Under the pieces are notes generated by a model that was given only the letters and a program-made list of their open reading frames with translations, was not told the origin of the DNA and made no database searches. From sequence record NC_010811.2: a stretch of DNA of 64,000 bases; one strand, given 5' to 3'. A program made the translations under genes and the position numbers. The number at the start of each line of letters is the position of its first letter. The first letter of the stretch is position 1. Of this stretch, positions 55,650 through 64,000 are shown one piece after another.

Positions 55650-56480
55650 ATGAATTTCGATACCTATCAACAAGTGGTCGGCCGACTGGCTGGTGAGTTC
55701 GGCGCAACCGGTCTGCCCGACCATCAGTATTTCCAATGGGCGATCGCGCGCATGAACGAGATCTACAGCCTGCCGATCAATCGCTACCCGACGCTGGATC
55801 ACCTGAACGAGAGCCCGCTGGACCGCATCGTCAAGTTCGCCAAGACGCTGCAGGACGAAGTGGACGAAGGCTATGAAATCGCGGCGGCGCTGGCCGTTCG
55901 CCTCAACGTCATCGAGTCGCCGACCAGCGGATGGTCGCGCGAAGACGTGCATCATGTTCTGGTGCGTGCGCATGCAGAAGTCGCCGGCGAGCGTGTGCTC
56001 GACGAGAAGACGCAGACCAAGCTGGTGAACGTGCTGCACAAGGCCATTCATACGCCGCAACACGACGACGGCACGACCGAACTCGACCGCCAAATCCTGG
56101 TGATGATCGCCGACTGGCTTGGTGACGTCAACGTGTACGTACGCAGCGAAGCGCTGAAGTTCGGTATTCCGGTAGAAGCCGTGCACGCCCCAATCATGGG
56201 GTCGAACTTCACGAAGCTGGACGAGAACAACGAGCCGATCAAGAACGCGATGGGCAAAGTGGAGAAGGGTCCGAACTTCGTTCCGCCGGAAGCCCACATC
56301 TACGCAACGCTCTTCGAGTCGGCTTCGCTCAGCGATCAGCTGGACGTCGAGACGCAGAAGCATACCGAGCGCCTGACGACCGCGATGATGGGCTTCGCTG
56401 ATCCAATGGGCGAAGTGCTGGACGCGCAGACGGACGAGGACCAAGAAGACGAAGACGACGGCGCGGACTTCGACTACTGA
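55650..56480 (+). CDS. MazG-like / PRA-PH family NTP pyrophosphohydrolase
   Basis: EVDEG, IADWLGDVNVY, AVHAPIMGSNFTKL, GKVEKGPNFVPP. Confidence 0.82.
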   Translation: MNFDTYQQVVGRLAGEFGATGLPDHQYFQWAIARMNEIYSLPINRYPTLDHLNESPLDRIVKFAKTLQDEVDEGYEIAAALAVRLNVIESPTSGWSREDVHHVLVRAHAEVAGERVLDEKTQTKLVNVLHKAIHTPQHDDGTTELDRQILVMIADWLGDVNVYVRSEALKFGIPVEAVHAPIMGSNFTKLDENNEPIKNAMGKVEKGPNFVPPEAHIYATLFESASLSDQLDVETQKHTERLTTAMMGFADPMGEVLDAQTDEDQEDEDDGADFDY

Positions 56481-56497
56481 TTTTCGCCAAGTCGCAT

Positions 56498-56518
56498 AGG
56501 GACCTTCGGGTCCCTTTC
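56498..56518 (+). terminator. cUUCGg terminator-like hairpin
   Basis: AGGGACC-TTCG-GGTCCCT-TTC; same core as 14226. Confidence 0.65.
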
Positions 56519-56572
56519 GTCGTTTGTGGTCCGCAATTTGATGGCAAGTCACAATCCTGTGTGGAACTAACC

Positions 56573-58240
56573 ATGCCAATCAATCCCACCTTGGTCACCG
56601 CCAGTCAGCTTCAGTCTCTGATCCACCTGTTGATGGTGCTGATCGTGGACTATCGGGACAATGGCCCGGAGTCGCGTCCGGACAAAGAGACCGCGGCCGA
56701 ACTGCAACACCTCAAGCCCGCTGTTCAACAGTGGGCGAAGTCGCTTCCGGCGCTGCCAACTGCCTACCTGGCGGCGATCAATGGTGCCAACAAGGCATCG
56801 ACCCTCGCACTGTTGGGTGAAGAGCTGCGTTCGCAGTTCTCGGAATTCCGTGCGAACGAACGCTTCTCCAGCGACGAGTTGGAAGTGCTCCGTGCTTGCA
56901 TCGCGTACCTGCGCACGGACAGCGTTCCCGCACTCAAAAAGCTGGAAAAGATGGCGGGCGTCGCTCATTCGCCGTACGTCAGCAAGCGTATGGTTCCGCA
57001 GGCAGGATCGCAAGACCGCACGAGCGGTGCCCTGCAGTCCCTCGTTCAGCAGATGGTCGGTCGCAATGACACGGCCTTGACTGTGGATGAGGCGAAGCAG
57101 GTCAAGGAACTGCATCCAGACCTGTACAAGGAATATCTGGCCTATCGTCGTGAGCACAATCAGGTGTGGAAAGACACGGCGGTGGCATTCGTGCGGAACT
57201 CTGGCCACAAGGCCGTTCCCTACGAAGACCTCATCGACTATCTGCACGCGAACGGCATCGATCACATGCTGCCAACCGGCTTCACCGGTCTGGTTGACGA
57301 TCGACTGCGCATGTACACGCGTGACGGTCATCTGATCGACGGCGTACCTAACGCCGTGACCTTCCCCTCCGTTGTGATGAATCCGACCTACGGCAAAGCT
57401 GGCGGCGGTGACTACGTGTTCAAGGCTGTGCGCAGTGGCGGACAAGACGGCCCTCCGTTCTACACCGTGGACTTCAAGCGTGCCTCGTCGCGTGCCAAGT
57501 TCGAGAAGGTCGCTGACTTCATGCCTCGCGTCGAAGGCATGCAGAAGAAGTGGTTCAACATGGTGCGCAAGTTCAACGAGCAAGACATCAAGTGCGTGTG
57601 TGCCGTGGTGCTCGAAATCCTGTACGAGTTCAGCGCTCGCATCGGCAGTCTTGGTAACGCGACTGGCGGTCAGTCCACGTTCGGCGTGAGCACGTTGCTG
57701 GTGAAACACGTGCTGGTCAGTCCCAACGGCGACATGGTCCTGCGCTACAAGGGCAAAGATGGTGTGCAAACGCGCCATCGTCTGTCGAAGGCTGATCCGT
57801 TCCAGAAGTTCGTGATCGCCGACATCATGAAGATGCTGCCCGGCAAGAAGCCGAACGATCGTCTGTTCACATACGAGAAGAACGGCAAGTGGATTCCGGT
57901 GAGTGGCGCACAGGTCAACGCGCTGTTCAAGTCCATGGGCGCACCTGAAGGTGTGACCGTCCACAAGCTGCGTACGGTGAAGGGCACGCACGTCTTCAAC
58001 GAGATGATGGAGAAGGTGTTCCAGCGTCCGCCCAAGGATGAGAAGCGGGCAATGGAAATCTACGTCAAGATGACGGAGCAGGTGGGCAAGGTGCTGAATC
58101 ACGTGCGTCGTGGTGCAGGTGGCGACAAGGTGACGGGCACCACGGCACGCGCCAACTACATCGACCCAGAAGCACAGCTCATGTACTGGCGCGAACTGGG
58201 CTTCCGCCCGCCGAAGTTCCTTGAACGCTTCATGGAGTAA
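56573..58240 (+). CDS. Type IB topoisomerase-like protein with an N-terminal extension
   Basis: FSARIGS, TFGVSTL..KHV, LRYKGKDG, TVHKLRT.KGT, KVLNH, TARANYIDP (catalytic Tyr position). Confidence 0.85.
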   Translation: MPINPTLVTASQLQSLIHLLMVLIVDYRDNGPESRPDKETAAELQHLKPAVQQWAKSLPALPTAYLAAINGANKASTLALLGEELRSQFSEFRANERFSSDELEVLRACIAYLRTDSVPALKKLEKMAGVAHSPYVSKRMVPQAGSQDRTSGALQSLVQQMVGRNDTALTVDEAKQVKELHPDLYKEYLAYRREHNQVWKDTAVAFVRNSGHKAVPYEDLIDYLHANGIDHMLPTGFTGLVDDRLRMYTRDGHLIDGVPNAVTFPSVVMNPTYGKAGGGDYVFKAVRSGGQDGPPFYTVDFKRASSRAKFEKVADFMPRVEGMQKKWFNMVRKFNEQDIKCVCAVVLEILYEFSARIGSLGNATGGQSTFGVSTLLVKHVLVSPNGDMVLRYKGKDGVQTRHRLSKADPFQKFVIADIMKMLPGKKPNDRLFTYEKNGKWIPVSGAQVNALFKSMGAPEGVTVHKLRTVKGTHVFNEMMEKVFQRPPKDEKRAMEIYVKMTEQVGKVLNHVRRGAGGDKVTGTTARANYIDPEAQLMYWRELGFRPPKFLERFME

Positions 58241-58251
58241 GGGATGACAAC

Positions 58252-58755
58252 ATGAAGATCAACTCTGCATTCCGATTGCTGGTCACCAGCCACAAACAGG
58301 ACGAGGTGTGGAAGAACGGCGTGCGCGGCTACCACAACGCAGCAGGCGCTGTGATCCTGGCGTTGGACACAGGACGCATCCTTCTGCAGCTACGCGCTGC
58401 TGACAGCGACACGCCTAACACCTATGGTCAGTTCGGCGGATCACTCGACAACAACGAAGATGTGAATGACGGCCTGCGTCGTGAGATTCGAGAAGAGACC
58501 GGCTACGCTGGTCCTCTGAAGATCCGTCCACTCACTCCGTTCCGCGACCCGGCCAAGGGCTTCGTCTACTACAACAATCTTGCAGTGGTACCCAAGGAAT
58601 TCGTGTTTGCGCCGCCTGCGGAATTCGCCAAGGAGAGCGGTGGTCACCTGTGGTTCGATCCTCGTGCTGCGTGGCCTGCTCCGCGACATCCGGGCCTGGA
58701 TTGGCTGATCGAAGAGGGGTCACTGTACAAGGCGCTCGCCTATTTCCTGGGGTAA
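58252..58755 (+). CDS. Nudix hydrolase
   Basis: GQFGGSLDNNEDVNDGLRREIREETGY. Confidence 0.88.
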   Translation: MKINSAFRLLVTSHKQDEVWKNGVRGYHNAAGAVILALDTGRILLQLRAADSDTPNTYGQFGGSLDNNEDVNDGLRREIREETGYAGPLKIRPLTPFRDPAKGFVYYNNLAVVPKEFVFAPPAEFAKESGGHLWFDPRAAWPAPRHPGLDWLIEEGSLYKALAYFLG

Positions 58756-58760
58756 CGGAT

Positions 58761-60203
58761 ATGGACAAAGTAGGCAACATCCAGTTGGATGGATTTACCA
58801 AGTATCACAAGCCTGAGGGTAAGATCGTGATCCTCGGGTTTGGCAGCGTTGGGCAGACTGTTCTGCCTATGGTGCTGCGTCACTTCGACATCGATCCAAG
58901 CCGCGTGTTGGTCATCGACAAGAAGTACCACTCGCTGTTCGACAAGTATCGTGGCCTGATCAAGTACCTGAAGATCGAGATCACCCGCGAGAACATGGAC
59001 CAAGTGCTGTCCAAGGTGTTGGAGCCCGGTGACTTCCTGGTCAACGTGTCGCTCAACATCGACGGTATCGAGATCGTCGAGTGGTGCCTGAATCACGGCA
59101 TCATGTACACCGACACCAGTATCGAGCGCTGGCCTGAAGAGCCTGACGAGACGATCAAGGAATATGCCGAGCGCACCCTGTATTCGACGCATCAGGAAAT
59201 CCGCAAGCGCTGTGGCAACAGCAAGGGCAAGGCGACGGCCGTCGTCACCAACGGCGCGAATCCGGGTCTCGTCACGTACTTCACCAAGCAGGCACTGTGC
59301 AACCTTCGACGTCGTGCAAATCTGGGTGGGATCAAACGTGATCCGCAGACGAAAGAGGAATGGGCCGAACTGGCCAAGGCGCTAGACGTCAAGGTCATTC
59401 AGATCGCAGAGCGCGACACGCAGATCCTCAAGCAGCCCAAGGAACCCAACGTGTTCACCAACACGTGGAGTTGTGAGGGCTTCTGGGCTGAAGGTCGCGC
59501 GCCCAGCGAGCTGGGATGGGGCACGCACGAAAATCCGAATGGGCCAGAAGGTGGCAGTCTGCACAAGGAAGGACCGGGTAACGCCGCATTCCTGCATCAG
59601 CCCGGCGTCTCGGTGCTCGTCAAGTCGTGGGTACCTGAAGGCGGCTGCTTCAACGGATTCCTGATCCAGCACAGCGAAGCCGTGACGCTGTCGGACTACC
59701 TGACGACTGCTGATAAGTCGTATCGGCCCACGGTGTACTACGCATATCAGCCGACCGATGCGGCGATGGCTTCTGTTCACGAGATGCGCGGTTCCGAACT
59801 CCGGTTTCACCGGAAGACGCGCATCATGAAGAACAGCATCCTCACGGGCCGTGACGAATTGGGCGTGCTGCTTCTTGGCCACAAGTTCACTGCCTACTGG
59901 TTCGGCAGTCAGCTGACGATCGACGAGGCGCGTACGCTGATTCCAGGCGAGTCTGCTACCAGTCTGCAGGTCGGTGCCAGTCTGCTTGGTGGCATGGTCT
60001 GGGCCTATCGCAATCCTGAGATGGGCTACTGCGAGCCTGAAGACCTGCCGCATACCGAGGTGCTGGCCGTTGCCCGTCAGTATCTGGGGCCGGTTGTGGG
60101 CGTGCGCAGCGATTGGACGCCGCTCCGACATCGCAACACGCTGTATAAGATGGACTACGACGAGAGTGACGTCTGGGCCTTCCCCAATTTCCGCATTCAG
60201 TGA
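58761..60203 (+). CDS. hss: Homospermidine synthase
   Basis: ILGFGSVG, YTDTSIERW, GANPGLV, IQIAERDTQ, NTWSCEGF, PTVYYAY, GRDELGVLL, ATSLQV. Confidence 0.95.
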   Translation: MDKVGNIQLDGFTKYHKPEGKIVILGFGSVGQTVLPMVLRHFDIDPSRVLVIDKKYHSLFDKYRGLIKYLKIEITRENMDQVLSKVLEPGDFLVNVSLNIDGIEIVEWCLNHGIMYTDTSIERWPEEPDETIKEYAERTLYSTHQEIRKRCGNSKGKATAVVTNGANPGLVTYFTKQALCNLRRRANLGGIKRDPQTKEEWAELAKALDVKVIQIAERDTQILKQPKEPNVFTNTWSCEGFWAEGRAPSELGWGTHENPNGPEGGSLHKEGPGNAAFLHQPGVSVLVKSWVPEGGCFNGFLIQHSEAVTLSDYLTTADKSYRPTVYYAYQPTDAAMASVHEMRGSELRFHRKTRIMKNSILTGRDELGVLLLGHKFTAYWFGSQLTIDEARTLIPGESATSLQVGASLLGGMVWAYRNPEMGYCEPEDLPHTEVLAVARQYLGPVVGVRSDWTPLRHRNTLYKMDYDESDVWAFPNFRIQ

Positions 60204-60210
60204 GGATCGT

Positions 60211-60627
60211 ATGAAGTACAGTGTAAAGGGTGCGGTGGAACGACTGCGAGTGACTGCCGAATATCTTCCACAGGAAGCCGTCGGCAAGTCAGCGGCGGCG
60301 ATCGCCAAAATCATGGAACCCCATCTCAAGAAGGTGGGGATCGAGTTGGACAAGCCTGCCCCGTTCAAGGACGACAAGGCCGCCATCTACTCGGTCAAGA
60401 GCAGCAAGATCAAGCCCGGAGAAACTGCTTACATCTGGTTCCACGCGAAAGCGCGTGGTGGGCGTGGCATCAACAAGGAACGCAATCTGTCTGCTGGCTT
60501 TGGTGTCCGGAATGAAGCTGGCGAGAATGTGTCTCGGGCCTATGTGCACAATGGACTGCCTCTTCTGTTCATAGCTGCCATCAGCTACGAGGATCTCGGT
60601 GGTCTTTATGAAGACTATCTGAAGTGA
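60211..60627 (+). CDS. Hypothetical protein
   Basis: SD GAGGA, ATG 60211. Confidence 0.6.
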   Translation: MKYSVKGAVERLRVTAEYLPQEAVGKSAAAIAKIMEPHLKKVGIELDKPAPFKDDKAAIYSVKSSKIKPGETAYIWFHAKARGGRGINKERNLSAGFGVRNEAGENVSRAYVHNGLPLLFIAAISYEDLGGLYEDYLK

Positions 60628-60635
60628 GGAGCATC

Positions 60636-61115
60636 ATGCCAACCAGCAAGATCAAGAAGGACAGCCGCGAAGGCAAGGGCAGCGTTAAGTCGCTGGAAAA
60701 GAAGTGGGACGAGGCCGGAGAGAAGACGCCATCCGACGTCGACAATCCGTACGCGTACCAAATGAGTATCTACAAGAACATGACACATCAGGCATCCACC
60801 ATGAACGTTACCGCCGCAGTACAACGATTGGCAGCCACCGAAGTGACCGCCGCTCCCAAGTTCCCGCATCTGGAAAAGCTCGTTGGCAAGCCCGGCGCCG
60901 TCCAGGAAGCGTACGACGATCTGTGCGATCTGGATCATGAGTCCAACGCCAAGAAGATGTTCGCAGCCGCCGAGAAGTGGGCTGCTTCGCCCAAAGCGCA
61001 TGTCTGGAATCAGCTGAAGAACGAAGATCCGGAAGAGTGGTCGGCCGCCGACATGCCGGAAGACGTGATGGACGTCATGGGCTACTTCCACCGCCACGCC
61101 AAGTTCATGCAGTAA
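60636..61115 (+). CDS. Hypothetical protein
   Basis: SD GAGGAG; AYQMSIYKNM. Confidence 0.65.
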   Translation: MPTSKIKKDSREGKGSVKSLEKKWDEAGEKTPSDVDNPYAYQMSIYKNMTHQASTMNVTAAVQRLAATEVTAAPKFPHLEKLVGKPGAVQEAYDDLCDLDHESNAKKMFAAAEKWAASPKAHVWNQLKNEDPEEWSAADMPEDVMDVMGYFHRHAKFMQ

Positions 61116-61144
61116 ATAAGGGGTAGACCAACTGGCCTACCACT

Positions 61145-61582
61145 ATGGATCTTGACAACTTCTACATGAGCATCGCCCATCACGCAGCCGACCAAAGCCA
61201 CGCGATTCGTCGCAAGGTCGGCTGCGTGGTTGCCAAAGGCGATCGCATTCTGTCCTATGCTTGGAACGGCATGCCCGCTGGCTTTCATAATGACTGCGAG
61301 CACAGCGTTCTGACCAAGGACCCAGAGACTGGCATTCTCCAATTTCAGCTGCTGACCAAACCCGGAGTCACACACGCGGAAGTCAACGCTATCGGCAAGC
61401 TGGCTGCTGCGGGAATCAGTTGCGCTGGTGCAACGCTGTATCTCACGCTCAGTCCGTGTGTGCCGTGCGCCAATCTCATCCAACGCTCGGGGATCGAGCG
61501 AGTAGTCTACGAAACGCAGTATCGAGATGTTGAGGGGATCAACCTGCTGACAGGTTGTGGGATCGCTGTACAAAAATTCTAA
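61145..61582 (+). CDS. dCMP deaminase
   Basis: RRKVGCVV, WNGMP, HAEVNAI, LSPCVPCA, IERVVY. Confidence 0.93.
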   Translation: MDLDNFYMSIAHHAADQSHAIRRKVGCVVAKGDRILSYAWNGMPAGFHNDCEHSVLTKDPETGILQFQLLTKPGVTHAEVNAIGKLAAAGISCAGATLYLTLSPCVPCANLIQRSGIERVVYETQYRDVEGINLLTGCGIAVQKF

Positions 61583-61599
61583 CTAGCAACACTGACACT

Positions 61600-61932
61600 A
61601 TGGGCATGCACCATACGACTGCATTGAAGATGCAGAACTGGCAAGAACGCACGAGCGTAGCAGGCGCTAAAGAATGGGCCTGGATCCAGATCAAGGAGGC
61701 GATGGCCGCGCACAAGTTCCCTGAAGCTTGTCGCACTTTGTGGGCCGACAGCTCGGTCACCGTATTCATCAATGCGCGTCGCAGCGTGAAGATCACCGTG
61801 CGCGGTGAAGTGTTCATCGAGCAGCGACTCAACAGCTTCGAGTTCAAAAGCGAGAAGCAGAAACCTCCACACTTCGAAGAGGCGCTCGCCCTCTTCACAT
61901 CCTTGCTGCCTATTGCCAAGACAGCAAGCTGA
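61600..61932 (+). CDS. Hypothetical protein
   Basis: ORF between dCMP deaminase and the next gene. Confidence 0.5.
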   Translation: MGMHHTTALKMQNWQERTSVAGAKEWAWIQIKEAMAAHKFPEACRTLWADSSVTVFINARRSVKITVRGEVFIEQRLNSFEFKSEKQKPPHFEEALALFTSLLPIAKTAS

Positions 61933-61949
61933 TCACCTCCCTTCCAAAT

Positions 61950-63230
61950 TTGATGGTGTCTACCTTAACGGCGGAGGACACCATCGTGCCCGCTATCAGC
62001 AAAAGCAACAACCGGATCCTACCGGCCAACGCGCGAGCGGCTGACGTCGCTGAACGCGCCATCCAAGAAATTATCCCTGTGCAACAGCGTCGCTACTACG
62101 ACGCATTCCGTCCGCAAGGGATCAAGGCGATCGCATATAATCGTCTGCAACAAGGACGTCCGTGCTCGTGTCAAGCTCAACGCAAGACCGTGAACGGACT
62201 TCTGAACGAAGAAGGCAAAGCCAGTCCGGGTCTGATCAATCAGATGCTGACTGGCAATATGAGCTTCAACGTCACGCCGTATGGTCACGATCAGGGCCGT
62301 GCGTATCCAGATGCGGCAGGGGCCGACGGACAGACGAGTCCACTGGCACCAGTCAACAAGAATCAGGGCGTGTTCGACATTGTGACTGCAGGCGGTGAGG
62401 AGTTCCCGTTTGCGCACAGCGTACCTGACGAAGAAGCATTCGGCGACAACGGACCAAGCTCGCCAGTGGACATCGACTCGCTGGTTGCTGACTTCGACGT
62501 GTCGGCCCTTGGATACTCCGACGTCGCCTGCCCAATCTGCTTCGGGAACGGATTCATCGGTGGCTACGCGCCGTTCAACAGCAATCGTATCGTGCTGACG
62601 GTCACCGACTTGGTGCTGATCAACGGGACTATCGACACGACCGAGAAGCCGTTGGTGGCGCGTGACGTTCAAGGCTTCAATCAGAAGGTGGTTCTGCCGC
62701 GAGGGGCGCTGGCCGTCGAATCGTTCACAGTGTGGAACGGATTGCGACCGGTTCCCGCCACCTTCCTCATTGACGGCGTGGCCGTGACCGGGGACGCTGC
62801 GGTGCTCGCTCGCTGCGACGGCAAGCCGCATCTGCTGACCGCGCAGTTCACCGGGGACTTCACGCACCTGGAACTGCAATTCACGATGTCTGATCAAAGC
62901 CTGTACTTTGAGCTGCCGCGTCGTCCGTCGACCAGTGACACCTCGCTGCTGGAACAGATGGAACCGTTCCAGATCATCCTCAGCCCGAACATCCCTCAGG
63001 TCGAGTCGATGGACGTGCTGGTGGAAGCGCAGTATGGCAAGACGCTGGTCGTGCAGAACGTCCATCCGTGGAACAGCCGTCAGCGCAACATTCTCGGATG
63101 GGAATGCCAAGTACGTGTGATCCAACCGCAGGAGATCTACCGCATCCTGCCACAGATGCCGCGTACGCTCAACAAGAATGCCGCCACCATGATGGCGCGC
63201 GACAACCGAACCGGTGTGTATCGCACCTAA
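61950..63230 (+). CDS. Hypothetical protein (426 aa), possibly structural
   Basis: PCSC and CPICFGNGFIGGY motifs; structural role is a guess. Confidence 0.6.
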   Translation: MMVSTLTAEDTIVPAISKSNNRILPANARAADVAERAIQEIIPVQQRRYYDAFRPQGIKAIAYNRLQQGRPCSCQAQRKTVNGLLNEEGKASPGLINQMLTGNMSFNVTPYGHDQGRAYPDAAGADGQTSPLAPVNKNQGVFDIVTAGGEEFPFAHSVPDEEAFGDNGPSSPVDIDSLVADFDVSALGYSDVACPICFGNGFIGGYAPFNSNRIVLTVTDLVLINGTIDTTEKPLVARDVQGFNQKVVLPRGALAVESFTVWNGLRPVPATFLIDGVAVTGDAAVLARCDGKPHLLTAQFTGDFTHLELQFTMSDQSLYFELPRRPSTSDTSLLEQMEPFQIILSPNIPQVESMDVLVEAQYGKTLVVQNVHPWNSRQRNILGWECQVRVIQPQEIYRILPQMPRTLNKNAATMMARDNRTGVYRT

Positions 63231-63252
63231 TACAACAAACACTCAGACTGAC

Positions 63253-63861
63253 ATGGAATCGATTCAAGCCCTTGAAGTGCCGAAGCTGCGGTACCTGGAC
63301 GACGCTGTTCGCTTTCTAGCGGACATCAAGCTGCACACCACGGCCAGCGGTTGGAAGCGCGTTGAATTCTTCTACGAGAAGTACCGGCTGTTGGAAGCAG
63401 TGGAAGTGCAGGTCAGTCTGCAGTTCCCGGACCGGGGCGGACAGGTTATGGGCGGGTTGCTCACCACTCTGGCACGCCTCAAGCTGCAAGCCGCCGAGCA
63501 GCTCCAGATGCATTTGACTGCTCTCAACGAGGAAGCAGAAGCCAACATCAGTCCGCTGGCGTCGCGCTTCTGCCTGCAGTTGCGTTCCGAACTGCTGAAG
63601 ATGCGTGGCATCGGCCGCTTCATCGCCTCCTATTTGTACCGCGACGGCGCAACGTTCACTCACTACATCCAGTTGGCGGATGTGGGGCGCGCCAATCACG
63701 TGTATATCAGCTGTCACTTGGGGGAGAAGCGCTTCATCAAGCTGGCACACGAATTCGAGCTTCCGCCGTATGTGGCTAAGGACCCCGGACAGGCTGTGGT
63801 CACCGTGGACGATGCGGTGGCCGCCATCCGGCGACTCATCAAAGAGGAATTTGGGAAATGA
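63253..63861 (+). CDS. Hypothetical protein
   Basis: ATG 63253 inside ORF 63214..63861. Confidence 0.6.
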   Translation: MESIQALEVPKLRYLDDAVRFLADIKLHTTASGWKRVEFFYEKYRLLEAVEVQVSLQFPDRGGQVMGGLLTTLARLKLQAAEQLQMHLTALNEEAEANISPLASRFCLQLRSELLKMRGIGRFIASYLYRDGATFTHYIQLADVGRANHVYISCHLGEKRFIKLAHEFELPPYVAKDPGQAVVTVDDAVAAIRRLIKEEFGK

Positions 63862-64000
63862 AGAAAGCCACTGATCTGTTCCAAACACGTGATCGTGTTG
63901 TGGGACGTCGCGGTGCAAATGGCACTGAGCAACCTCAAGACCAGCCGTACGACAGCATGCAAGTGGATGATGAACTGCCGATCGGCATGTCGCGGGGCAA
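63858..64000 (+). CDS. Hypothetical protein, partial (runs off window)
   Basis: ATGA overlap; open to the end of the window. Confidence 0.5.
   Translation, partial: MKKATDLFQTRDRVVGRRGANGTEQPQDQPYDSMQVDDELPIGMSRG

Noticed and set aside
32842-58102. Long minus-strand ORFs (e.g. 32842..34407, 40862..42085, 46156..47601, 50838..52070, 52826..54067, 56567..58102)
   Set aside because: Antisense shadows of GC-rich, codon-biased plus-strand genes; no motifs
1-64000. tRNA, rRNA or integrase/att sites
   Set aside because: No cloverleaf or rRNA-like sequence recognised by eye; the Tyr-motif protein fits Topo IB better than an integrase. tRNAscan was not run

Overview
A 64-kb, GC-rich (roughly 55-60% by eye), gene-dense segment of a large lytic bacteriophage. 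All credible genes are on the + strand. The content resembles Ralstonia phiRSL1-type jumbo phages, but I could not confirm this without a search. Recognisable genes: NAD-dependent DNA ligase, DenV-like glycosylase, topoisomerase IB-like protein, dCMP deaminase, RtcB, acyl carrier protein, NadM-Nudix plus Nampt (NAD salvage), macrodomain, Nudix, homospermidine synthase, a YgiB/YgiC-like pair, MoxR-AAA/VWA, TAXI substrate-binding protein, orphan HigA, HNH and HD proteins, plus many hypotheticals. The stand-out feature is at 13237-15578. A 326-aa IS110/Nop-like protein lacking the RuvC (DEDD) domain is followed by a hairpin and a 1.3-kb non-coding array. The array has 37 units of about 36 nt, each with two alternating 8-nt repeats (AGWCAYCC-like and AGYGNNCC-like) separated by unique spacers of about 10 nt. 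This is the architecture of a TIGR-Tas RNA-guided system, apparently with a nuclease-less TasA-type effector. Also noted: a repeated hairpin plus sigma70-like promoter module, a repeated stem-loop that sequesters ribosome-binding sites and shows covariation, an Acb1-like 2H protein with both catalytic histidines replaced, and several single-base frameshifts that may be sequencing errors. No tRNA, rRNA or canonical CRISPR array was seen.
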